A DNA stretch of 64,000 bases from Betaproteobacteria bacterium UBA5216 (GTDB taxonomy: Bacteria; Pseudomonadota; Gammaproteobacteria; Burkholderiales; SG8-41): positions 45,050 to 109,049 of the forward strand of contig DHVE01000129.1 in NCBI GenBank assembly GCA_002412495.1, written 5' to 3'. The notes beneath the pieces are model-generated. The model made no database searches. It worked only from the letters and a program-made list of their open reading frames with translations, and was not told the DNA's origin. The position numbers and the translations under genes are program-made. This document shows, piece by piece, positions 9,117 through 17,793 of the stretch (its first letter is position 1; each line of letters starts with the position of its first letter).

Positions 9117-10391
9117 TCACCACTGAAAAAGCACCGCCAGCACCAATCCCGCTGATGCGGCGGCAAATGGCAACGCACATTGCCGCGCCAGCGCCGCGCT
9201 GCCTGCCGCCAGCGCGATGGCGAACTTGAAAACAATGTTCGCCACATAGGCGATGACAATCGCGATCACCGCCGTGCTCGCGTCTATCCTGCTGGTGTTG
9301 AACAATTGCAAACTCGACAGACTGATCGCATCGACATCGGCGACGCCGGACACCGCGGCGATCGCATACAGACCCCGGTTACCCCACATGTCCGACAGCC
9401 ACGCGGCGCCGAGCAAGACGCAGGCGTAGACCAGTCCGAACAGGGCCGCCACGCGCAATTGCGTGGGGTTTTCAGCCACCGGCAGATTCAGGGCGGCGGG
9501 ATTCGCCGCCGCGCGCGATTGCCAAAGCACCGGCAGCACACCGCACCCTGCGCCCGCCGCCAGCACCGGCAGTAATCGCGGCAAGGCCTCCGGCGCCGCG
9601 ATGCCGCCGATCACCGCAAGACGCAATAACACCATCAGGTTGGCAATGGTGATCACAGACGACGCCAGCAGGGTCATTTCCCGGTGCGTGGCGCATTGCC
9701 GCGCATAGACCAGCGTGGTGGCCGTGCTCGACACCAATCCCCCCAGCGCGCCGATCAGCAGCAGGCCGTGCCGCCGTTCCGCCAGCCGCAGCGCCAGATA
9801 ACCGCTGAGACTCACGCCCGAAATCAACACCACCATCAGCCACAGATGATGGGGATTCAGCGCCTGATACGGCCCGTATCCCTGGTTGGGCAACAGCGGC
9901 AGCACGATAAACGACAACACCGCGAATTGCAGCATGCTGGTGATATCGCCCGGCGCCAGACGATCGGAAAAGCCATGCAATTCCGTCTTGAAATGCAACA
10001 ACACCGTGGCCGCGATGGCAAGTCCCACCGCATGTTGCGTGCGGCCGTACCACACCATCACGCCCAGCACGTAACACAGCAGCACCGCGATCACGGTGGT
10101 GGTGCCCGATTCGCCTTCGGGCAGCGCTTCACCGGCGTAAGCAGCAATAATCATGGCGCCGGCAAGCAACAAGCCCGCGGTTACGACCCACGTGGATTGC
10201 GTGACCTGCGCCAGCAAACCACAGATGGTGCCAAACAGCGCCACCAGCGCACAGGTACGCAACCCCGCCTTGGCAATGGGATTGCGCTGGCGCTCCAGCC
10301 CGAGCAGCAGCCCGATTGCAAGGCTGGTCATGAACTGCAAAGGCACTTGCAGTTCATCCATGACGTTCATCAGCGCCGGCGCGGTGTTCAT
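9117..10391 (-). CDS. MgtC/SapB-family N-terminal domain fused to DUF4010 polytopic membrane domain
   Basis: The N-terminus LAIGLLLGLERQRNPIAKAGLRTCALVAL is the MgtC-family motif. It is followed by about 300 aa of hydrophobic helices. Confidence 0.75.
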   Translation of the reverse strand: MNTAPALMNVMDELQVPLQFMTSLAIGLLLGLERQRNPIAKAGLRTCALVALFGTICGLLAQVTQSTWVVTAGLLLAGAMIIAAYAGEALPEGESGTTTVIAVLLCYVLGVMVWYGRTQHAVGLAIAATVLLHFKTELHGFSDRLAPGDITSMLQFAVLSFIVLPLLPNQGYGPYQALNPHHLWLMVVLISGVSLSGYLALRLAERRHGLLLIGALGGLVSSTATTLVYARQCATHREMTLLASSVITIANLMVLLRLAVIGGIAAPEALPRLLPVLAAGAGCGVLPVLWQSRAAANPAALNLPVAENPTQLRVAALFGLVYACVLLGAAWLSDMWGNRGLYAIAAVSGVADVDAISLSSLQLFNTSRIDASTAVIAIVIAYVANIVFKFAIALAAGSAALARQCALPFAAASAGLVLAVLFQW

Positions 10392-10425
10392 GACCGCACG
10401 TTACGGTTCCGCCACCGCGCCGCGC

Positions 10426-10439
10426 TTGATCTGGATCAA
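10426..10439. promoter_or_regulatory. FNR box TTGATCTGGATCAA (perfect)
   Basis: Perfect palindromic consensus in the divergent region between 10391(-) and 10508(+). A -41.5 placement predicts a TSS near 10474 and a 34-nt leader for the radical SAM gene. Confidence 0.7.
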
Positions 10440-10507
10440 CCACCGGCCACGCATGCCCCGGTATGGTGGGCGTAAATTTTGCGCCTAGCGTATCCACAGG
10501 AGCCGCC

Positions 10508-11476
10508 GTGCCTTCCCCTTCCCCTTCGATTACCGAACGCATCGACAGCACCACCCGCATTCCGCAATCGCACCGCACGGCCGCGCCGCCGGCGCCGCGT
10601 AGCGTCAAGATCGAAATATCGCCGCGTTGCAATTACCGCTGCGGCTTTTGCGCGTTGCGCACGCGCGAGGTGCAGCCCAAATGGGACATGGATTTCGAAC
10701 TGTTCAAACGCATCACGCGCGAGATGCGCGACGCCGGAGTCGAGGAAATCGGTGTGTTTTATCTCGGTGAATCATTCATGAATCCGCGGCTGCTGGTGGA
10801 CTGCATCCGCTATCTCAAGCGCGATATCGGCATGCCGTATGTGTTTTTAACGTCCAACGCCTCGATGGCGTTTCCGGAGGCGGTGCGCGCCTGCATGGAG
10901 GCGGGGCTCGATTCGCTGAAGTGGTCGGTCAATGCGGCTGATGAAGATCAGTTCAAGAAAATCATGGGCGTGTCGGAGCGGCTGTTTGAAACGGCGCTCG
11001 GCAATATCCAGAGCGCCTGGGAGGAACGCCGCCGCGGCGGCTACGCGACCGGTCTTTATGCCTCGTCCATTCGTTACGACGGCGAACAACACGACAGAAT
11101 GCAGCGTCTGCTGGCGCAACGCGTGCTGCCCTACGTGGATCAGCACTACTGGCTGCCGCTGTATTCGATGGGCGCGTTCGCGACGGTACGCGAAAAGCAG
11201 TTGGGGTTTCTGCCGACCGCAGGAAATCAGGGCCGGCTGGATGCCCTGCGAGAGCCGCTGCCCTGCTGGTCGGCGTTTACCGAGGGTCACGTCACCGCCG
11301 AGGGCAAACTGTCGGCCTGCTGCTTTGACGCGACGGCGCATTGGACCATGGGGGATCTGAACACCACGCCGTTCATGGACGCGTGGAACTCGCCCGGATT
11401 CGTCAAGCTGCGCGCGGCGCACCTGGCGCGCGATGTGCGCGGCACCGTGTGCGAAAAATGCATCGCTTATTCCTGA
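10508..11476 (+). CDS. Radical SAM enzyme with Cys-rich C-terminal (SPASM/twitch-like) extension, function unknown
   Basis: CNYRCGFC is the CX3CX2C motif. C-terminal cysteines occur at PCWSAF...LSACCFD...GTVCEKC. GTG 10508 is in frame and follows AGGAG; the track ORF starts at 10463. Confidence 0.8.
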   Translation: MPSPSPSITERIDSTTRIPQSHRTAAPPAPRSVKIEISPRCNYRCGFCALRTREVQPKWDMDFELFKRITREMRDAGVEEIGVFYLGESFMNPRLLVDCIRYLKRDIGMPYVFLTSNASMAFPEAVRACMEAGLDSLKWSVNAADEDQFKKIMGVSERLFETALGNIQSAWEERRRGGYATGLYASSIRYDGEQHDRMQRLLAQRVLPYVDQHYWLPLYSMGAFATVREKQLGFLPTAGNQGRLDALREPLPCWSAFTEGHVTAEGKLSACCFDATAHWTMGDLNTTPFMDAWNSPGFVKLRAAHLARDVRGTVCEKCIAYS

Positions 11477-11513
11477 CATCGGCCTCCTCGCTTCGTATCA
11501 CTCGACCACGGCC

Positions 11514-12302
11514 ATGACTTCACATACGCCTCAGCCTTCCCAGGCGCGAAACGTCGTTCGCCTTGATTCCAAGCGGCCGCACGGCGTGTGTTCCACCTGC
11601 CGCGTTCGTGAGCTGTGTCTGCCTTCCGGGCTGAGCGCCGCCGACCTTGCGACCGTAAACCATTACATCCATCGCAAGCACACCGTTGCGCGCGGCGAGG
11701 CGCTGTTTGCCTACCAAGAGCCTTTGCAAATGCTGTATGCCCTGCGCACGGGGTTCATGAAAAGCAGCGTACCGCATCCGGACGGCGGCGAGCAGGTCAC
11801 TGGATTTCACATGTCCGGCGACCTGATCGGGCTGGACGCACTGGCCGATGGCGTGACCATCTGCAAGGTCACCGCGCTCCAAGACAGCGAAATCTGTGAA
11901 ATATCACTCAATGCGCTGGAACTGCTCACGCGCAAGGTAGCGCCGTTGCAAAGGCATTTTCATCGCGTGATGAGCCGCGAAATCGTGCATCGCCACGAAA
12001 TGATGCTGCTGCTGGCGAACGTGCGCGCGCAGGAGCGCGTCGCCCTGTTTCTGCTCGACCTGTCACAACGCCATGCGGCCCGTGGCTACCCGGCGGTTGA
12101 TTTCGTGCTGCACATGACGCGCACCGATATCGGCAGTTATCTCGGATTGACCATCGAAACCGTGTGCCGCGGGCTGGCGCAACTGCACAAGGAAAAGCGG
12201 ATCGAGATGAATGGCCGCCATATCCGCATCACCGATCTGGCCGGTCTGACATTCATGGCCAATCGCGGCGCGGCCGCGCTGAATCCCGCCGCCCCGCATT
12301 AA
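11514..12302 (+). CDS. FNR-type Crp/Fnr transcription regulator, paralog 3 (divergent)
   Basis: HGVCSTCRVRELC (C-X2-C-X5-C) and DSEICEISL. HTH is RTDIGSYLGLTIETVCRGLAQL. Start trimmed to ATG 11514 (MTSHTPQ). Confidence 0.85.
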   Translation: MTSHTPQPSQARNVVRLDSKRPHGVCSTCRVRELCLPSGLSAADLATVNHYIHRKHTVARGEALFAYQEPLQMLYALRTGFMKSSVPHPDGGEQVTGFHMSGDLIGLDALADGVTICKVTALQDSEICEISLNALELLTRKVAPLQRHFHRVMSREIVHRHEMMLLLANVRAQERVALFLLDLSQRHAARGYPAVDFVLHMTRTDIGSYLGLTIETVCRGLAQLHKEKRIEMNGRHIRITDLAGLTFMANRGAAALNPAAPH

Positions 12303-12323
12303 ACCGGCGGCGATCCACGCGTA

Positions 12324-12587
12324 TTACAGGCGATCCGCGCCGCGAAACAATTCGCTGATCTCGGCCTGCGCGTTTTCGGCGTCTTCCTCGCTCATGTCAC
12401 CGGGCTGCCGGTGGAAATAGTCACCCACGTGGCGAAAAACCGGCTCGTTCTCCAGCGGAGCATCTTCCAGTTCTTCAAGTTCCAGCATCGTGGTATCCAC
12501 CGGCGGGGCGTGCCGTACCTGCCTGGCATTTCGATTAAGCCGCTGACGGGTCTTGCGTCCGGTAAGGGTGCGGGGTTGCGATTGCAT
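12324..12587 (-). CDS. Small hypothetical protein, basic N-terminus and acidic C-terminus
   Basis: 87-codon ORF from ATG 12587 with AGAGGAA upstream. No family recognised. Confidence 0.4.
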   Translation of the reverse strand: MQSQPRTLTGRKTRQRLNRNARQVRHAPPVDTTMLELEELEDAPLENEPVFRHVGDYFHRQPGDMSEEDAENAQAEISELFRGADRL

Positions 12588-12736
12588 GATGTTTGATTCC
12601 TCTTGTGAACGTTGCGTGATGTGGCCGAGAATCACATGTTACAGGTCGCGTGAATCGCTTGAACGGCGCCCCTTCTGCACCGCGTAGCTTCATCCAGCGC
12701 TTGTAATTGATGCTAGGTGTCCTGTCACCGCGCGGA

Positions 12737-12750
12737 TTGACCTGTATCAA
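12737..12750. promoter_or_regulatory. FNR box TTGACCTGTATCAA
   Basis: One mismatch to consensus. It is oriented and spaced to serve the divergent small gene (predicted TSS near 12702). Confidence 0.5.
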
Positions 12751-12790
12751 GCGTGGTGCATGCGGAACCCCGACAGGGAACGCCGCAGGA

Positions 12791-12804
12791 TTGATCTGGA
12801 TCAA
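12791..12804. promoter_or_regulatory. FNR box TTGATCTGGATCAA (perfect)
   Basis: The centre is 78.5 nt upstream of the usp ATG 12876, predicting a 37-nt leader. Confidence 0.7.
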
Positions 12805-12875
12805 AACGCCGTCATGCGTCATAGTTATGCTGTGGTTGCGTAATACCAGACCCGTTATCCGGAAAGGAACAAAAA

Positions 12876-13325
12876 ATGATCAAGAACATACTTATACCCA
12901 CGGACGGTTCCACGCTGTCTCGCCGCGCAGCCAAGGACGCCGTGGAGCTGGCGCAAAAACTCGGCGCACGCGTCACCGGGTTTTATGTCGCACCGGCCTA
13001 TCACATTGAGGTGTACGACGACATGGTGTATGTGCCCCCCGATCTGCTGAACCCGAAAACGCACGCGGCCAATGCAAAAAAGGCGGCGGAACGTTATCTG
13101 GAGTTCATTAAGAAAATGGCGGCGGACCGCGGCGTGCCTTACGAAGGGTATTTCGTGATGAACGATTCGCCGTCCGATGCCATTGTGAAGGCCGCGCGAA
13201 AATACAAATGCGATCTGATCTACATGGGCTCGCATGGACGCACCGGCATCACCAAACTGCTGCTGGGCAGCCAGACCAACAAGGTGCTTACGCAAACCCG
13301 CATTCCGGTATTGGTACACCGTTAA
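12876..13325 (+). CDS. Universal stress protein (UspA family)
   Basis: MIKNILIPTDGS...DLIYMGSHGRTGITKLLLGSQTNKVLTQTRIPVLVHR. Confidence 0.9.
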   Translation: MIKNILIPTDGSTLSRRAAKDAVELAQKLGARVTGFYVAPAYHIEVYDDMVYVPPDLLNPKTHAANAKKAAERYLEFIKKMAADRGVPYEGYFVMNDSPSDAIVKAARKYKCDLIYMGSHGRTGITKLLLGSQTNKVLTQTRIPVLVHR

Positions 13326-13350
13326 TCGAAGCAAAACCTAAGGAAACAAC

Positions 13351-13650
13351 ATGAGCGCACAAACCGAAAGACTGGTGACCGACGTCAAAGTATTGGTCAA
13401 CGACACGGAAGAACTGGTAAAAGCCACCGCGGCGCAAGCAGGCGACAAAATCGTCGATCTGCGTAACCGCGCGCAGGCGGCCGTCAACAATGTGAAGCCG
13501 CAGTTGGCAAGAATCGAGACGGCCGTGGTTGAAAAAGCCAAAAGCACCGCCACGGCAACCGATACCTACATCCGCGAGAACCCTTGGGCGGCCATCGGCG
13601 CGTCCGCCGGGATCGGATTGGTAATCGGCTTGCTGATCGGGCGGCGCTAG
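13351..13650 (+). CDS. ElaB/YqjD/DUF883 family membrane-anchored stress protein
   Basis: The C-terminus ...IRENPWAAIGASAGIGLVIGLLIGRR is the family signature tail anchor. Confidence 0.8.
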   Translation: MSAQTERLVTDVKVLVNDTEELVKATAAQAGDKIVDLRNRAQAAVNNVKPQLARIETAVVEKAKSTATATDTYIRENPWAAIGASAGIGLVIGLLIGRR

Positions 13651-13670
13651 CTCGTACGCGCGGGTGAACG

Positions 13671-14066
13671 ATGCGCGGTATCGCAGCCCTGCTTTGCCTC
13701 TGCATACTGCTGACCGCGCGCATTGCGGCGGGCGCGGACGCATCCGCGCCATCCCTCTCCATCCTGCAACCGCTATACGACGAGGTGATTTACGACAACA
13801 CCGGCGCCGTGCCGGTGAGCGTCGTGCTGCAAGGCGCCGCGCTGGCATCGGGCAATCGCTTACGTGTGCTGCTCGACGACAACCCGCTTGGCGCCGACCG
13901 TGGCGAACTGGCCTTCACGCTCAAAGGCGTCGAACGCGGCACACATACCTTGCAGGTGCAATTGATCGATGCCGCAAACAAACGGGCCGCCGCCTCGCCA
14001 ACGGTCACCTTTCATGTGTGGCAGGCCTCGGTGCTGATGCCGGCGCGCAAACCACAGCCACGCTAA
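13671..14066 (+). CDS. Exported hypothetical protein
   Basis: Signal peptide MRGIAALLCLCILLTARIAAGA, then a beta-rich domain. Family not recognised. Confidence 0.5.
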   Translation: MRGIAALLCLCILLTARIAAGADASAPSLSILQPLYDEVIYDNTGAVPVSVVLQGAALASGNRLRVLLDDNPLGADRGELAFTLKGVERGTHTLQVQLIDAANKRAAASPTVTFHVWQASVLMPARKPQPR

Positions 14067-14092
14067 GTACGTCCTGCCGCGCATCCCGCGGT

Positions 14093-14746
14093 TTAAGCGC
14101 CACCGTCCGCCGGCGCATCCACCAAATGGTGCGCGATGGCGTAGCGAATCAGTTCCGCCTGATTACTCATGCGCATTTTTTCCAGGATGCGCGTCTTGTG
14201 CGTGCTGACGGTTTTGGGACTCAGTTTTAATTCGTCCGCGATGTCCGAGGACGACTTGCCCATGGCGATCATGCGCAGCACCTGAAATTCCCGATCGGAG
14301 AGTTGCTCGTGCGGCGCCGACGTGGTGTCGCCGCGCAGGTTGTGGAACATCGCCTCCGCGGTTGCCGCCGATACATGCACACCACCGGACGCCACCTTGC
14401 GAATCGCGCCGACCAGCTGATCGCTCGCGCTCTCCTTGTTGAGATAACCCGAAGCGCCTGCGCGAATGACGCGCACCGCATATTGATCCTCGCCGTACAT
14501 GCTCAGTACCAGCACCGGCAGTTTCGGGCACGCCTCCTTCACCAGTTTGATAAGTTCAATGCCGCTGCGGCCCGGCATCGACATGTCGGTGACCAGCACG
14601 TCCCAGGTTTTTTCACGTACCATTTTAAGCACGTCATTGCCGTTGGCCGCTTCACCGGCCACGGTAATATCGTCATGCATGGCAAGGATTTGTTTCAGAC
14701 CCTCCCGCACAATCGTATGGTCGTCCGCCACCAATACCCGGATCAT
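14093..14746 (-). CDS. NarL/FixJ-family response regulator (REC + LuxR-type HTH)
   Basis: MIRVLVADDHTIVREGL...DVLVTDMSMPG...LSDREFQVLRMIAMGKSSSDIADELKLSPKTVSTHKTRILEKM. ATG 14746 overlaps the kinase stop (ATGA). Confidence 0.9.
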   Translation of the reverse strand: MIRVLVADDHTIVREGLKQILAMHDDITVAGEAANGNDVLKMVREKTWDVLVTDMSMPGRSGIELIKLVKEACPKLPVLVLSMYGEDQYAVRVIRAGASGYLNKESASDQLVGAIRKVASGGVHVSAATAEAMFHNLRGDTTSAPHEQLSDREFQVLRMIAMGKSSSDIADELKLSPKTVSTHKTRILEKMRMSNQAELIRYAIAHHLVDAPADGGA

Positions 14747-16278
14747 GTTGATCTCCCTTTTACCGTGGTGCCGAACGCGGGAATCTCCGCCTCGACCAGC
14801 GTTCCGCCGCCCGGCGCGCTGCTCACCTTGGCATCGCCGCCCAGCACATAAGCGCGCTCGCGCATACCGAGCAGGCCGAAAGATCGTGCTTTGTGCGCAT
14901 CCCGGCCCGAAATGCCCTTGCCGTTGTCGCGCACCCGTACCACGATTGTGCCATCGCTGTTCAGCACTTCTATCACGACTTCGGTGGCACCGGCATGCCG
15001 TGCCACGTTGGTCAATGCCTCCTGCACGATGCGAAAAATCGCCGTCGCGGCATCGCCCCCGACGCCAAGATTCTCGTCGGGAATTTCCAGATCGACATGT
15101 ATGCCCGTGCGGTTGGCAAAATCCCGCGTCAACCATTCCAGCGTGGGCACCAGCCCCAGATTGTCCAGCATCACTGGCCGCAGATCCGCCGCGATGCGCC
15201 GCACCGCGGCAACGGTGGAATCGATCATTTGCTTCATGCCATTGACGCGATTCAGCACCGCGTCTTGTGCCCGATCGAGTTCGCCCGCAATGGCTGACGC
15301 GTCCATTTTGAGCGCCGTCAACGACTGGCCCAATTCATCATGCAGCTCGCGCGCGATGCGGGTCTTTTCCTCCTCGCGAATGGTTTGCAACGCGGACGAG
15401 AGTTCGCGCAACTGGTCGCGCGATTCTCGTGCTTCCAGCTCGGCACGCCGCTGTTCTCCAAGAAGCGCCTGCATTTCGGCTTCCATGCGCTTGCGTGCGG
15501 TAATGTCACTGAAAATCGCCGATGTGCCGACCACGGTACCGTCGAAACGCCGAATAGGCGATATCGTTACTTCGACATCTATCTCCATGCCATCCTTGCG
15601 GCGGCGCCGGGTCTGAAAATCGACCACCGGCTCTCCGCGCATTGCCCGCTCGGCAAGACTGATATGCTCCAGCGGCACGTTTTGCGGATGCAACATGCTG
15701 ATGTTGCGGCCTATGGTTTCTTCCGCGGTGTATCCAAAGATGCGTGATGCGGCCTGATTCCAGGTCACTATCGTACCATCGGGCCGGCGGCTGATAATCG
15801 CTTGCGCGGCGCAGTTAATGATGTCGGATTGATGTTCCAGCATTTCCCGCTGGCGGATGCGTTCGGTGATATCGCGCAAAAACACGGTAAACAATTTGCG
15901 CCCGCCAACCTCGGTGCGGGTAATCGAGGCGTCTATCGGGAATTCCTCGCCATTGGCCCGCAAGCCGGTCAGTATGCGTTCGCCACCCATATGTCGAGCA
16001 CTGTTGGGTACGCCGTGGCTTGAACTGCCGGTATAGGTTTCGACATGTATGCGGTGCATGGCACGCGCGTTGGCCGGTATAAATCGATCCAGCGGCGTGC
16101 CGACCGCCTCGGCCGCGCTGCAACCAAAGATGGTTTCTGCCTCTGGATTGAATTGCACAATGGTTTGCGTCTCATCCACGCTGATGACGGCCAGCCGGAT
16201 TGAATGCAGGATCGCGGCAAGTTGTGCCTCTCCCAATGCCAGCATACGCTCGGCATCCGCTGATTGCGGCGAAGTCAT
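14743..16278 (-). CDS. Cytoplasmic PAS-PAS sensor histidine kinase (HisKA_3 / HATPase_c)
   Basis: Two PAS domains, H-box RIARELHDELGQSLTALKMD and an ATPase domain with DNGKGI and GLLGMRERA. PAS1 resembles the FixL heme-PAS (see finding). Confidence 0.85.
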   Translation of the reverse strand: MTSPQSADAERMLALGEAQLAAILHSIRLAVISVDETQTIVQFNPEAETIFGCSAAEAVGTPLDRFIPANARAMHRIHVETYTGSSSHGVPNSARHMGGERILTGLRANGEEFPIDASITRTEVGGRKLFTVFLRDITERIRQREMLEHQSDIINCAAQAIISRRPDGTIVTWNQAASRIFGYTAEETIGRNISMLHPQNVPLEHISLAERAMRGEPVVDFQTRRRRKDGMEIDVEVTISPIRRFDGTVVGTSAIFSDITARKRMEAEMQALLGEQRRAELEARESRDQLRELSSALQTIREEEKTRIARELHDELGQSLTALKMDASAIAGELDRAQDAVLNRVNGMKQMIDSTVAAVRRIAADLRPVMLDNLGLVPTLEWLTRDFANRTGIHVDLEIPDENLGVGGDAATAIFRIVQEALTNVARHAGATEVVIEVLNSDGTIVVRVRDNGKGISGRDAHKARSFGLLGMRERAYVLGGDAKVSSAPGGGTLVEAEIPAFGTTVKGRST

Positions 16279-16374
16279 GGGCAGTTAAATCCTAGAAAAT
16301 AACTCAATAAATTCAATCCGTTACGGATGCATTATCACAACCCGCGCTGGCTGCTTCTGATAATTGCCTTGCGT

Positions 16375-16388
16375 TTGATTCAGATCAA
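16375..16388. promoter_or_regulatory. FNR box TTGATTCAGATCAA (perfect half-sites)
   Basis: Lies between the kinase start (16278, minus) and the receiver gene. It predicts a TSS near 16423 and a 34-nt leader to ATG 16457. Confidence 0.65.
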
Positions 16389-16456
16389 TCGCAAATCAGG
16401 CACACGAAATATATTCTACCAGCCGCCTCTACGGGGCGGAGTCATCGTACAAAAGC

Positions 16457-16903
16457 ATGAAGTCATTGGCAGACCTAACAGATTCAGCGAATCGGGAACG
16501 CAGCGCCCTACCGCGCTTGTTTATCGCCGACCAGTCGGCCGCCATAATAGTGCGGGTGGCCTCCTTGGTCGATAACGTGGCAAGAGTTTCCGGCAGTGCC
16601 ACCAATGCACATGACGCCATTAGCGCTATCCGTAAGCTCAAGCCCGATATCACCGTATTTGATATTGGCCTTGCGAATGGCGTTGAGCTGCTGACGCAAG
16701 TCAAGGCCCGACGACCGCCCCCGCTGGTAATCATTCTCACGCACAGTGTGGACGCATCCACGCGGCAGGTCTGCCTACGGTTGGGCGCCGAGTATTTTCT
16801 CGACAAGGTGCATGAATTCGACAAGCTGCGCGAAATCGTCATTCTCCATACCAGCAGCTTCCTGGGTAAGCGCGGCAGCTCGCCTGGGTCTGCGGTTAAT
16901 TAA
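16457..16903 (+). CDS. Stand-alone response-regulator receiver domain protein
   Basis: REC pattern: LFIADQS...PDITVFDIGLANG...VIILTHS...GAEYFLDK. There is no output domain. Confidence 0.7.
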   Translation: MKSLADLTDSANRERSALPRLFIADQSAAIIVRVASLVDNVARVSGSATNAHDAISAIRKLKPDITVFDIGLANGVELLTQVKARRPPPLVIILTHSVDASTRQVCLRLGAEYFLDKVHEFDKLREIVILHTSSFLGKRGSSPGSAVN

Positions 16904-17022
16904 GTCTGGTGTTGAGCGGTTAAACCTGTGTGCAAACGGAAAGGGAAAGCCGCTGCAACGCAACAAGGCAGCGCGCAAGCCTGACGCGCATTCCAGGCGC
17001 CCCCTATTCGCTAACCCCAACA

Positions 17023-17580
17023 CTATTTGGGTGATACATCCCCACCAACGCTGGGGGGACGAGCCGGCAAATGATTCAGCGCGGCCGCCGCCGATGCGGC
17101 ACTCACCAAATACTTGGCCAGCTTGCCGATCAATACCGACGCAAATACCTGCGCCGGCGACATGCCCAGTAACGCACACACAATCAATACCGGCGTCTGA
17201 CTAAGCGGAAGCCCCGCCACCGCAACCAGCGCCAGAAATCCGTATTGTTCTACCCAGCGCAGCCCCGCGGCCCATTCGCGCGAGCGGGCGATGCCCGGCA
17301 AGTACTCGGCAACCACCTGCGTGCCGTATTGCGCAACCAGCCATGCCATGAGCGTTGCACCCAACGCGCTGCCGATGGCGCAGTAAATTGCGGTACGCGG
17401 CCAATGTCGCCTCTTGAGCGCAACCAGCCCACACAGCACCGGCACAAACGCCACAGCCAGCAATGTCGCGGCAAACGCCAGTGCGGCGCCAAACAGGGGA
17501 AACAATGGACTGCCCGCAGCGCTTGAAAACCGCGCTGGCGCGCGCTTCAACAGGTCGGCCACCTTCGAAAAGACTTTCAT
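17023..17580 (-). CDS. YqaA-like / DedA (VTT-domain) family inner membrane protein
   Basis: Four or five predicted helices. WVEQYGFLALVAVAGLPLSQTPVLIVCALLGM...IGKLAKYL parallels the E. coli YqaA C-terminal half. Confidence 0.55.
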   Translation of the reverse strand: MKVFSKVADLLKRAPARFSSAAGSPLFPLFGAALAFAATLLAVAFVPVLCGLVALKRRHWPRTAIYCAIGSALGATLMAWLVAQYGTQVVAEYLPGIARSREWAAGLRWVEQYGFLALVAVAGLPLSQTPVLIVCALLGMSPAQVFASVLIGKLAKYLVSAASAAAALNHLPARPPSVGGDVSPK

Positions 17581-17642
17581 TCCTGGATGAATCAATGAAT
17601 AACAACCTCTTAAAATTATGTTCCTTGCAACTGACGCCGTGC

Positions 17643-17656
17643 TTGATCCCTATCAA
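17643..17656. promoter_or_regulatory. FNR box TTGATCCCTATCAA (perfect half-sites)
   Basis: Divergent region. It predicts a 28-nt leader to ATG 17580 (minus) or a 103-nt leader to ATG 17794 (plus). Confidence 0.65.
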
Positions 17657-17793
17657 GCGTATGGGCCTGAATAGGCGGCACCACCGTTATCCTGTTTGAT
17701 ACAAGTCAACGAAGCGGGTTCGAGGATTCCTAGAATGTACCTGTTTTATGCATGCTGGCGACATCGGCTACGTTACCAAGGAGGTGGCGAACA

